Below the pieces are notes generated by a model. That model did no database searches. It was not told the origin of the DNA and was given only the letters and a program-made list of their open reading frames with translations. Made by a program: the position numbers and the translations under genes. A stretch of DNA of 64,000 bases from Marsupella aquatica (Eukaryota > Plantae > Marchantiophyta), in contig OZ316897.1 of assembly GCA_973895155.1 (NCBI GenBank), positions 14,197,375 to 14,261,374 on the forward strand. Direction: 5' to 3'. Below, in pieces: positions 49,956-64,000 of the stretch (the first letter of the stretch is position 1; every line of letters begins with the position of its first letter).

Positions 49956-52900
49956 CTTACTGGGTTGGTCAACAAACCAAAGCTTGGACTAACCTGCACA
50001 TTCGATCCCAGAGAATTGGCAAATATTTGAAGTACAAACGTCAAGACCAGGAGAAGTGAGTCCAGTAGAGCCATCTATATACTTTCGGGTTAACAAGACT
50101 GTCAGACAAACAGCCTAAGAATAAATCCCTTCTGCTATCCACGTCTGCTCACAAATTAGAGCTACCAAAAGTTTGGAATTTAAAGAGGCAAACACGAGCC
50201 AGTCATCCCAGAAAACTGTGGGCACATTACGACAGCACTTAAGGAGGTGCAAGAAGTCCTAATGCCCTGCACACATGCATCAAAGCCCTTAAGAATATGG
50301 AGATGAGGAACGCGACCTTAAAACAATGAAACCTCACGGGTAGGATATATCGACCAAAATTGGAAATCTAATCCGGTCGCCACTAGTTAAACTAACAATC
50401 CTTTCCGGGCCAGTTTGGACAGTGTCGAGTCCAGAAGTTTGCAGAAAAGCAATCCACAGTAAATTCCGTCAAATTAATTTAATCAAATTCGAGGGAGAAA
50501 GCTAGAACACGAAGTACAATCATGCATAGAGACCATACGAGACACAACAATCAGAGAGGCCAAGAGAAGAAGGAACAAGATCACTCAGGGTCAATCAGTC
50601 ACAAAAGGGCAAATTCGATAATAGACAAACCTATTTTGAGGACGAGAAAAGAACAATTCCCAAGGAGGACAGTGAGACTGACGAACGTTCTTCCGCGAGC
50701 CGATGAAGAAGCAAAAGAACCGACAAGTGAGCAGGGAGGGCTAAAAAGATAACTAAACGATGGAGGAGAACATTTCGAGGGGCCGACCGAGGCAAAATAC
50801 AAAAACACGAAAAGAGTCCAGAGAGTACAATGCAAAACCTACAAAGAGGCAACTGCGAACTCTCCAATCAGACTAAATTGAGGAGAGAATCAGGGCAACC
50901 AGATCATACCTGGACAGAGGGCCGAAGACAAGACAACTCAAATCGTGGTAACCAGGAAATCTCAAATCAGACCAAATTGAAGCGAGACCCGAGGCGCTAG
51001 ATCACACACCACTGAAGCTCAAGAAAATGGCAACGAACCCTCAAAATCAGGCCAAACTGGAAAGAAACCCAGGGCAACTAGACCATACCTGGAACAAAAT
51101 GAGCGCGATGACAGTCGACGCAGAGTGCGGGCAGCTGCGATTTGTGGTCGATTGTAGTCGAGAGTAGAATCTGGCGAGCGAACGAAATTCAACGCCAGAG
51201 CAAAGAGCGAGAAGAGCAAAAAGCAACGAAGAAAGAGCAAAAACGAGAGCCCAAGAAGAGCGAAACTACTGTCGCAAAAATTTGAGGGTTCTTCTTTGTT
51301 TAACCGTCCATGTCTCTCTGTGCAGGGCTTCTCGACCGGGTTCCATGGGGGTGCCCGCCCCCCGCCCCCAGCCTCACGAAATACACCGCAAATATGCAAT
51401 TTTTTGTCATGTTTTTTAGTTCGCCAGGGTAGCGAATGTCACCTGGGGGAGAAGATGCTCACAAGATTCTCACCTTAATTTTATTAGATTAACTTTGACC
51501 CTTAGATCTCTCGACTGTAGCTTTAAACCACCAAAAAGTGAAGCAAAACATGGTGGACACTGGTGATTTAAGGATAATAGGGTCATGGCTAGGTGGCACT
51601 GGCTAATTTTGCCAAAGATTTTTCTGTCTTCCATTAGCTAGATTTGTTGATTATGTCTTCATTAATCTTGTACTTCGGGCGGTGCGGAAATGAGGTGCTT
51701 GTCCAAAGAAAGACAACAATGACCAAACAATGACCAGCCTCATTCAATGCCGTACTTTAACCTTTGCGCACTCACATCAAAATTGGGCAAAGTTCACAGT
51801 CACTATTGACCAATTGTGGTATGCCTAAATCTTGATTTAGGAGAATATCTACAAGAACATTTTGTAAGGCTAGTTAAGAGTGAATTCATAGGGAAAAAAT
51901 TGCCTGACCAAGTAAAGTTGTTCGGTTTGTGGGTCCACTAAGCATTTATCTCTTACAAAAACTATGTACACTTAAAGTCTAACTTTACAAACCCTCTTGG
52001 AAAGTTATTTCCAAAATTCTTGGATGTACGTGAAGCTAAATCAACATGATTTGTCACAAACAAGAACCGTTAGCTATCCAAGAAAAACCAAATTTGACTA
52101 TTCGTGTTTGAGGCAAAGCAAAGAAAAATAACTAGACCCTCTAACTGTAAAAACAATGAAATGAAATGAAATGTCTTCAATGAAATGTCTTCAATGAAAT
52201 TGTCCTAATTGTCTCAAAAAATTCACTTCATAAAATCCTCAATTTCAGCTCTTAATGGCTCAAAATAATTTAATAAAATAAACTTACATAACCAAGTAGT
52301 CTTTGAACTAATCTGGGAACTAATTACATTAAGATATTCTTAAAATTCACCTCATAAACAAGTACTCTAAAATATTTGTGAATCTGTCTAAATTATAATA
52401 ATACAAGCCCTATGCCCGTGAGTTACACAATGAGAGGAGGGCCAGCCAATAGGCAATCAGGGCAAGGCATTTATGGGGCAATGATAAAAAAATTAAATAA
52501 TCAAATCCAAAGATTGTGTATTTTTCCCGCCCTTTATATTACGACAAAAGACTAAAAAGATCTAAGATCACTTATTATTATAATTGTAGAGATATATATA
52601 TATATATATATTTTGTTTTGTTTTTGGAACTAATAGAATTGCACTCCGATAGATAGTAGGTATAGTATCCTACAGTAGTCCGAACGAAAGAATAGGCCGG
52701 CACCCGGGTAGAAGCCCGTCTAGGAAGCTTCGTCGGAATCGTGGGTAAAGTTGAGCCCTGGTGTGGTTCCTTTTCTCCAAAGAGGGGATTCTAAAGTGCA
52801 GTATAGTGTGGGAAGCGCCCACGCCAAAGTGCTCTAGGTTGCCGAGTCAGTCGTCAGTGCCCTCTCTCTCTCTCTCTCTCTCTGCGAGTACTCAGCACTA

Positions 52901-54941
52901 CGGTAGGGCGTGTCAAACCTGGGATGAGTCAGATAAACCACGGTCCTGATAAGGCCTCCCGTCAGCTCCCATGAGCTCGAACACGGGTGAAACGACGACC
53001 GCTGATATGAGAAGCTTTGTCGGGCTCATATCTTTCTCAATTTTGATTGGAATCAAACGAAAATTGGCCTGTTGGGAAGCCTGGGAAATACTCTTTCGAA
53101 GGAGCTACAGTCTACCTTGTACTATTGAGTATCCAGTGAGAAATCTTACTCGAAAGACGACGGGAAACCTGGACGGGGAACGTCTTGCTATCTCTACCCG
53201 TGGCGAGTGACCACGGGCAGTCCCTCCCAGTCCGTCGTTGCAAAGATTGGCCCCCTTACTACAGTGCGAGAGATTTCCCGCACGAGCACGCAGTCGCAGA
53301 CACAGTCGGACACAGTCGGACAGCGTCTGTTCCAGTCTTGGCCCACGCTTCATGACAAGCTGACTGCTTTTTATAATTTTGATTTTGATACCAGCCTGAG
53401 GCAGCGGGATCCGGAGCTCTACGATACCCAGGTGTGGCATGGAGCATTGGAGCTCCTCCGGGGAAATTTCAGCGGACCCACCTGAGCGCAAAATTTCGGG
53501 TCAGTAGTCTGTACTCCCTCTCTAGTCGTAGAAGCGTTTGATCGAGGTTTGACTGATCCGATAGCAGCTACAGTAGTGTAGTGTGTTGATTTGTGAGTGA
53601 ACCAAGAGGGTGTCCCCCGTCACTACGCTGCGTTGTTGCGACTTGCGAGTCACTAATCACTACTGAGTACTGACTGCGGCATAGCTGGTTTCTCTAGACT
53701 CGTAGAGAGTTTCGGGCTTCGAGAGTCTTTTGGTGCTTATAAGGAGCAGCTTGGATCAGGTTCGGTGAAGAGTTGTTGTGGAAGCTTGCCCACCTGGCCG
53801 CTGCAGCACCCCACGCCCCAGCCCTAGCTCGCGAATTGAAGCAGCAGCTCTTGCTCGCCCTGCTCCTTCGAAGACATCGTGCCTGCCATAGCCAGCCCTG
53901 CTTAGCTGCTTGTCGCCTCGCTACCCCACCTGATTGCTCGCCTTGTCATCTCCCTCTACTGCTGATCAGGTCGCCATAGGTTGCTGCGTTTTTCTGATCT
54001 TTTTGCTGATCGTTTTCGTGCTCGATTACTCCTGATTGTTTTGGCTGGATTTTTGGTGATAGTTCTCTTGCGAAATTTGTCTCACATTGTTCATTGAAAG
54101 CTCTGCTGTTACTTGAGCTTGACCAGAGAAGTTCCGTATGTGCTGGCGTTCGTGAGTTCAGGCTGCGATTTTCTGCTGCGAGTCTCGTGACCTTTTTGTT
54201 GGAGTTCGGGCTGCGATTTGGATGTTCTTGCTGCGAGTTTGTCACCTTTTTCTTGGAGCTCGCGCTACCATTTTCTGCTGTTGCTGCGAGCCACATTGTA
54301 CTGCTGCGTTTTCAGCTGGAAGTAGGACTACATTTTCACTCTCCGGACCTCTGCTCGCGGTGCTGCGATTTTAGCTGTGAGTGTCATCCAGGTTGTGCTC
54401 TCAGTTTCAAGGCTCATGCTGTGTTTCGATGGATTGTTCCACTTCCTATAAGTCGCCGGGTCATTCTTCAACAGGCACGCAGTTGAAGATTCGATTCTCC
54501 TCCCGCTGCAGCTTTTCAAGCTGAAGCTTTTACTTTGTTAGTAAGAGATCAACGTCTTGGAGCGAATATGGTGTGGTGGTCTGAGGTGGATGGTATGGGG
54601 CCCCCGGCTTTTCCTGTTCATGTGGTTTGGCTGACAGATTATGTTTAGAGTACAGTGTGGCTCTGTGGTGGAGTTCGTCGTCTCGTCACGTACAGTAGTA
54701 GGTTGGGTTCATCTGGAAGAAGATTTTGATCTTTTTGTCCCAAAGATTTCACTTCATTCGGGAAGAAGTGAAGCTCAGGAGTTCGCCTTTTCGTGCAGAT
54801 CAATTGGATTAAATTCCTCTTTGTGACCTTGGCAGCAGAACGGAGGGATTGATTAGGTGCTGAGGCACACAATATAGTCGTAGGTGGTAGGGAGGCAAAA
54901 CAGTAAACGGAGGAGGGTTGGAAGATCTTGGAAAAGCGGGA

Positions 54942-57900
<2,959 letters not shown>

Positions 57901-60900
57901 TACATGAGTTGATGACAGCTGATCCTTTGGTCAAAGGTAGGGCGAGCGAGCTAGGATGATTTTCCTTGTAAACTCTCAGAAGATTCTTTAATATAGACGA
58001 CTCCCATTTAATTTTTTGAGTTTCGTTCACTTCCAGTACCTGAAATGAAGACTCGTGAGTTCATATTTCTTACGATGCATGTCTAGGAAGGACGGAAGTT
58101 GGAAACTTCATAGCTGAATTCGCTGAAGAAGATAATCCTTACAAAAAGAGGGCTTGCATTGATCCAATACCAGAGGTTTAGCCGGATCCCGAACATTGAG
58201 AAAAGGATCTCCTCCGCAGGAGAAACGTGGGTGAGTCGGTGTAACTAGAAACCTGTACCTGAGCGGCTTCAGGACTGCTGGAATATCTCGAGTCAGCTTT
58301 CCTTCAGTCGTGTTTTCAGTTGAGAGCTGGTTCTGACTCGTGGCCGCAGGTTTCCCCCACTTTGACAAACATTAGCTGTTTTCTCGAATTAATCCACAAA
58401 AAAATGAGCTATTACCTGCGTGGTACCCTTTTGCCTGATTTTAATAAAAACGTACGGTCCTGTAATTTTTATCTTTTATAGTTGGAGAAAGCATAGTGAC
58501 AGATTGGATAAGGTTTTGATGGCCTTACCTTGCGAAGCTGGTCACATCTTGTGGTGTGAAAATTTTGTGCTAAACGCCAAGAATCAATCTCGAAAGTTGT
58601 GCCTTCGACAGCAGTTCGTGACGGCCGGACTGATATCAGTGGGCCTCATGACAATACGGTAGTATCGCTTTCCGTAGGAACTGGATTGATTGGATCTAGG
58701 ATGACGTGATTGCCTTTGGCGAAAATGATTTCTTTTACCGAACCCTCGTCCAACTTTTCGACAGAAAGGTGCGGAATTGGTTTGGGAGGATTCCGGAGGA
58801 CAGAAGGACTCGAGCTTGTGCGCGCCTTGGGGGAACTCTCAGCTTCTCTTAAAATTTACCAAGACGATTTGTCGTTGCCAAAGGAGGGTTTTTTCCTTAG
58901 TGGCAGTTCTTCAACTGCTGCCGGATTGGGAAGAATGCTGTTGGAAAGGGATTAAATGTTCGACGATTATGGAATTGAAGGCAGTTACTGGTGGGGTAAC
59001 TGTTGGCTATGGTGCGAGCAAACAATTTTTGTTGAAGCAGATACCTCCGCTGTACCACTCTGACTCGCCGCTCTTCACAAACGCCATTGCTGACAAATAA
59101 GTGCTCTTCATCGCCTTCGGATGTGGAAGGTTCTACGTGACCGATGGCTGTTTCTGGAGCCATTATTAAAACTGTAAAACTGTATTTCGTGCAACGTGCA
59201 GACACTCAATTACAGCCCCAAGGTTACAGTATGCAGAGTTCACCAGATTCAACACGAGCAAGGTGACTACTCTGTACCGAGTAGATTCGGTATCGGCTGA
59301 CTGGGTCACGGAACGCACATCGTCGTACCTTGGTGACATTTTCCTGCGTCATGGGAGGTGGAAAGGGTGTGTGTGATCCAGTGCAGATGATAAACTTCAT
59401 GTCAAACAGTTTACGGAGGTGGCCAGGACGTGAAGTGAACATGTGGCGGAAACATGGTGGTGGGGAAGTTGTGACAGATTTTATGGTCAATTTCTTCATG
59501 TCACCTCAGCTCAGAATCTTCTGCAATAATTAGATGGATGGGTGCATATTCTTATCAGTCAATTGACAAACTAACGTAACCCATGTCCAAACCTGCTCCA
59601 CTTTTCTCGCTCTAGCAATCCCCACAGCATCCAGATCAACTGCAGTCCTGGACCATCAGTCTGCAGGAGCCACCCACCTCGAGAAAGAGACGAGGGTTTG
59701 CGGACACCGAAGGCTCACAGAGTACGATCAAGTCATCAATACACTAGAGTGAATATACTGTTCCAGTGAGCAAGTACCGTACTAGATAACCAGCCACCAG
59801 AGTATACTTACCTGTGGCCTTAAAAATTGTTTCCCGGCTTTGACGGGCATCTGTCTGCACCATGACATTGATAGACCTTCCCACTGAGAGAGCTCCTGGG
59901 CTTCCCAGAGGCACGAAGATGGAGAGCTGAAGAGGCACGCTCCCGTTTTACCTCATCCTTGAGGAGACAGTACAATAAAACGGATGCATAATCGGAGTGA
60001 CGTCGTTCCCCGTGCCGGCGGAGAAGCTTCGCGTTACACCTGTGCAAGGAATTCCCCAGACTATGCAACGCAGCAGTAATGTCAATCAGAAGCCAAACCG
60101 TCCCAAACAAGATCTTGACTGTCTTCTCGCTTTGCTCCGTGGCTCCCTTTACTCGTTCTCATGCAATCCCGCAACTCCTAAGCCTCCATGGCTTATCTTC
60201 GCTTCTTCGAATGTAACCTGCACACTTGCATGTCTCCAGCTTTTTGGTAGGACTCTGATTATTTGGTCTGCTCAAAGTCGCCCAAATCTACTTTCCTACG
60301 GAAGGGGCCTCGGTGAAAAAGATTTCCTGCAGCTCTTCCAGTCATTGATGCACGTTATAGCCCTCAGTTAAAACTGGGCAGTCAGGACAGATTGGGAAAT
60401 ACCTTCATGTCCATTCATTGGGGGCCTCAATCTCAGTCTACAAAACACGCCACAGTATCAGGAAATGAATTGACTTTTTGAAGAAAGCGTACCAGGGTAA
60501 TGCTATCACTGTATCACTCATTATCCAAACAATGCGGGGCCTGAGAAAGTGCGTTCAATTCGTTTGCAGCTCCAAAAGTCGGGTCCTAAACCTCTGGAAT
60601 AATTGCCTGGATGAGAATATGGATCTTGCAATCTGTTTTCCTTCCTTCTCATCCGCTTAAAGGAGTGGATCTGGTATCAGCCGTCCGAGCTGCAGGTACC
60701 ATGCAATCATACCGACTGATGCTCCATCTTTCTAGAAAAATTAAATCGTTTGGGCGATCTACAGCGGAAGCCGCGGCCACGGAATACTCGGCAACTCGAG
60801 GATGTCTTCCATTTCCGAAGTCTCCAAATCATTTCTTCGAGGCAATTTGACCCTTAGTGTGTTTATGGAAGTTTTCTCAAGTCATTCATCATTGTGATTT

Positions 60901-61012
60901 CTTGATCTGCGTTAAGTAATTGGAGAGCAGCTTGTTGTCTATTTCCAAAGTTCTCAGAAACTTGTATTTGGGAAACTTTCCTCAAGTCATTTGTCATTGT
61001 GATGTCTGGATC

Positions 61013-61109
61013 CGAGTCAAGCACTTTGAGAATCTCGTCTGCTAGTGGGAAAATTGTCTCCCGAGTCAAGCACTTCGAGAATCCCGTCTGCTAGTGGGAA
61101 AATTGTCTC
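61013..61109. repeat. Tandem duplication, 2 x ~48 bp, within a decayed coding-like remnant
   Basis: ccgagtcaagcactt.gagaatc.cgtctgctagtgggaaaattgtctc twice. The minus strand reads ETIFPLAD.IL.VLDS twice. Confidence 0.85.
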
Positions 61110-62410
61110 GAGCCATTCATCATTAAGATGTATTGATCTACTACGGCGAACACTCTGATCCCCATCATGACCAAATTCTGTCAAAGTTCCACCTGCATCA
61201 GGCAATCTATAAACTTTGGGCAATTTTTTTTAAGGGCATCATTCTATCTTTCCAACCAAGAGCTACCGGATCCAAATTTCACTATGAAGAGTAATTTTTC
61301 TTAAAATAGTGGAGTAGACTGGGAAAGAAGTGACTAAAATGTGGGAAAAGGGAGAAGTCTTGGACACTTCCTCCATAAGTGTGGGCAGCTGTGATTTAAG
61401 CTCGTTACCCCATATCAGGAGTGGATAGGGAACAGAGCCTGTCACTTTGCTTTTAGTGCCCTAAATGTATGTGTTGAAGGTTCACCCATCCTCACTGTGG
61501 GATATGAGGGGGATTGTATAATACAACATATATTAGAGATCTCCAGAGGTTAGGGATGATTGCTAAACCCCAAAGTTAGCAGGAAATTTGGAGGCCTGGA
61601 AATTAGAAAAGCCTCCATATTGGATTGAGTCACCTAGGCACTCATGCACCCAAACTTAGCCAATCATTAGGAGGCCTGGAAATGCAAACAACCCCTATAT
61701 TGGATTGTCAATCACAAGCAGTTTCCCCCTAGCTTCTTTGACCTCTATCACCCTATTCATTAAAATTGGAATTTCTCTAGTCCAGAAGTTGACCTTCAAA
61801 TTTATTATTTTACCCCCAAAAGTTCTATAACTTGTTCCCCAAAAGCATACATTTTAGTGGCCAAATATACACTTTTTGAGGTCTAAAATTACAATTCTAA
61901 TGCCCAAATTATCAATTAAATAATTCAGTTATCAATTATAAATACTTATTAATTAAAAGATAATAAAGTGTTCTTATTATATACAATATAAACAATGAAA
62001 AAATAGAATAAGACAATATAATAAATTCAAATGACCCGTGATAACCAAGTTATACAAATAAGGAAGGTAAACCGGTGATGTATTATAAAAGTAAAAAACC
62101 TATTTTTACAGGGTCAAGACCACGTCTGCCCCAATGCAGGCTCTAGATGGTTTTGACCGGTTGTTGAATGTATATCAATTACTATTTAAAAATCTATGTC
62201 GAGATTATCTCGACCCAAATGAAGGGTCAACATAATTTTGACCCGTTGTTGAATATATCTATATCTCTAGCTATTCTCTTTGTATGGGGTCGAGACCCAA
62301 ATAACCTTTCTCTGAGAACATATCTACAAGTAAAAGAGGATCAACAGCATCTAGACCCAAATGGATAGTACGCATAGCTTCACTCTTTTTTCGAGTAAGA
62401 ATATGTATAT

Positions 62411-63511
62411 CTACAACTCACATCGTAACTGTTCGGTGTAGGGTCGAGACAATCTAGACCCAAATCTCATGCTCCTCCACCCCGCAAATTCATTTGAGCA
62501 AGTAAATCTAGACCCTGACGGGTCATATTTCATATCGCGATTGCAGAAATCGAGAGGCTTTCTATTCCAGAACTTCGTGGTGAGGTCCCTACACCTCAGG
62601 ACTTCCGAAACAAATCCCCGATGATTATCTCTGTAGGGTCCTGTGTACTGATCTCCAATTAATATCTTTGCAAGGTCGTTGATCGCCTCCTCCATCAATT
62701 CCTCCATTGGTGGTAATTGTTGCACTTCATTCTTGACATCCCAAGGAATTTCGTCCGCTGTGATATCCAAGACTGTATGGATAACCGAATGAACCCATAC
62801 CATACTACCCCACCGCTTCGTCAACAACGCATAAATGGCAGCCTGTTGATCTCTGTCCGCTAAAACATTTATCATAGACCACTTTGGATGATTGATAAAT
62901 TAAAAGGTAGTGCTGAAGATTGAAGGCATGATACAATTTCCTGAGCAGAGGCCATAGTAGTTCTGAAAAGAATGTATCATCCGTGGAGTGATGCAAAAAT
63001 GAGGAAGGAAACAACCCACAATTCTCTGGATTTGCAAACGCCTTCATTGGAGTGTCATCAAGGAGTGTATTAGTTTCGTCGTATAATCCACCATAACGTT
63101 TCCAAACAACCCTCAAATCCTTCAAATGAATATTTGCCTTCCCATCGGTAATGTCAGGCCTCTGGATTCCAATATCGAATGTATCTTCTTGTGTGAGAAT
63201 AAACTTGAATTGCTCTCACTCTTCTTGACTGAAGATCAAATGAATCATTTCATCCGTCCTGGGTTTCCTTGCACAAGTCCAAATGGCAACATCAAATAAC
63301 AAAAAAGCTGCGATTAAGAACTCGTGAAGATGGGGTCGCTCAACATACATAAAGTTAAACCCTCCATGTCTACCCTAGTGGACACCCTTGACACTTGTCG
63401 CACTACGGCGCGGTCTGGAACTTGGCGTTTTGACAGAATCCCAACACATTTTGTTGAGGTCAAGAATCAATAGCTTCCGTCTGATCGCACCATGAAGTGG
63501 AGGCAAGGGTC
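62411..63511 (-). pseudogene. FCP1/SCP-like (NIF) HAD phosphatase-domain pseudogene
   Basis: Minus-strand translation gives RKLLILDLNK, YVERPHLHEFL..FDVAIWT, KDLRVVW and NTLLDDTPMKAFANPENCGLFP. In-frame stops at 63375-63377 (TAG) and 63216-63218 (TGA), and a frame change near 62850. Confidence 0.8.
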
Positions 63512-64000
63512 CTGCAAAGAAGGAACATCAATGTTAGAATTGTGGGAGATAAAATAGAGGAATGCTCGAGACGATCTCGAGCATCACAAGTGAATGAACA
63601 AAAGTCAACGTATCATACCTATTGTTGGTTGAAGGCCAGTAGTTGAAGAAATCTCAGGACATCTTTGGAGATTATTGTCGACGCACTCCACAACTGGTAA
63701 GGGCCCGCCTATTTCTGTGAAGGTAGACATAATAATTTAGACGACTGAATTTCAGGACTGTTCAAACTAACTTGGGTTTCAAGCTCACATGCTGAAAGAC
63801 CCAAATTCATCTAGAAGGTTATCTCCTAGTTGGTTTTGGATGTCCAAATTTATCCCTCCGGGAAGGGTCTCAACAAGAGCTGGCTCAGACCAAACTGGCA
63901 CTAATTTGAACCTTCCTATACTTTCTAGATCAAATAATCTTATCAGACTGCTCTATATTGACTTGTTGACCTTTTGACGATCCATCAGTCCAAACATAAT

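Overview
Eukaryotic land-plant nuclear DNA. A bryophyte, most likely a liverwort, is inferred from protein sequences, intron sizes and long multi-exon 5' leaders; this is not certain. The window holds six intact protein-coding genes: a 6-exon conserved small membrane protein (-), an intronless cytosolic HSP70 with a heat-shock-element array (-), plastid 4-alpha-glucanotransferase DPE1 (-, 16 exons, one GC-AG intron), the U-box/ARM/WD40 E3 ligase LIN/CERBERUS (-), a COX VIIa-like subunit (-) and spermidine synthase (+). It also holds a tRNA-Arg(ACG), a tRNA-derived SINE-like remnant, an FCP1/SCP-like HAD phosphatase pseudogene next to transposon-like subterminal repeats, a small MITE and many short tandem duplications in decayed-TE intergenic blocks (about 4.4-8.4 kb, 11.7-15.5 kb, 36-48 kb, 60.8-64 kb). 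The most interesting unexplained signals are two densely base-paired intronic segments. One, in spermidine synthase intron 4, carries a telomere-template-like 11-mer (AACCCTAAACC) inside helices that can be hand-folded into the plant telomerase RNA topology. The other is a multi-helix, possibly switch-like element in the last LIN intron. Both are manual folding inferences and need computational and experimental tests.
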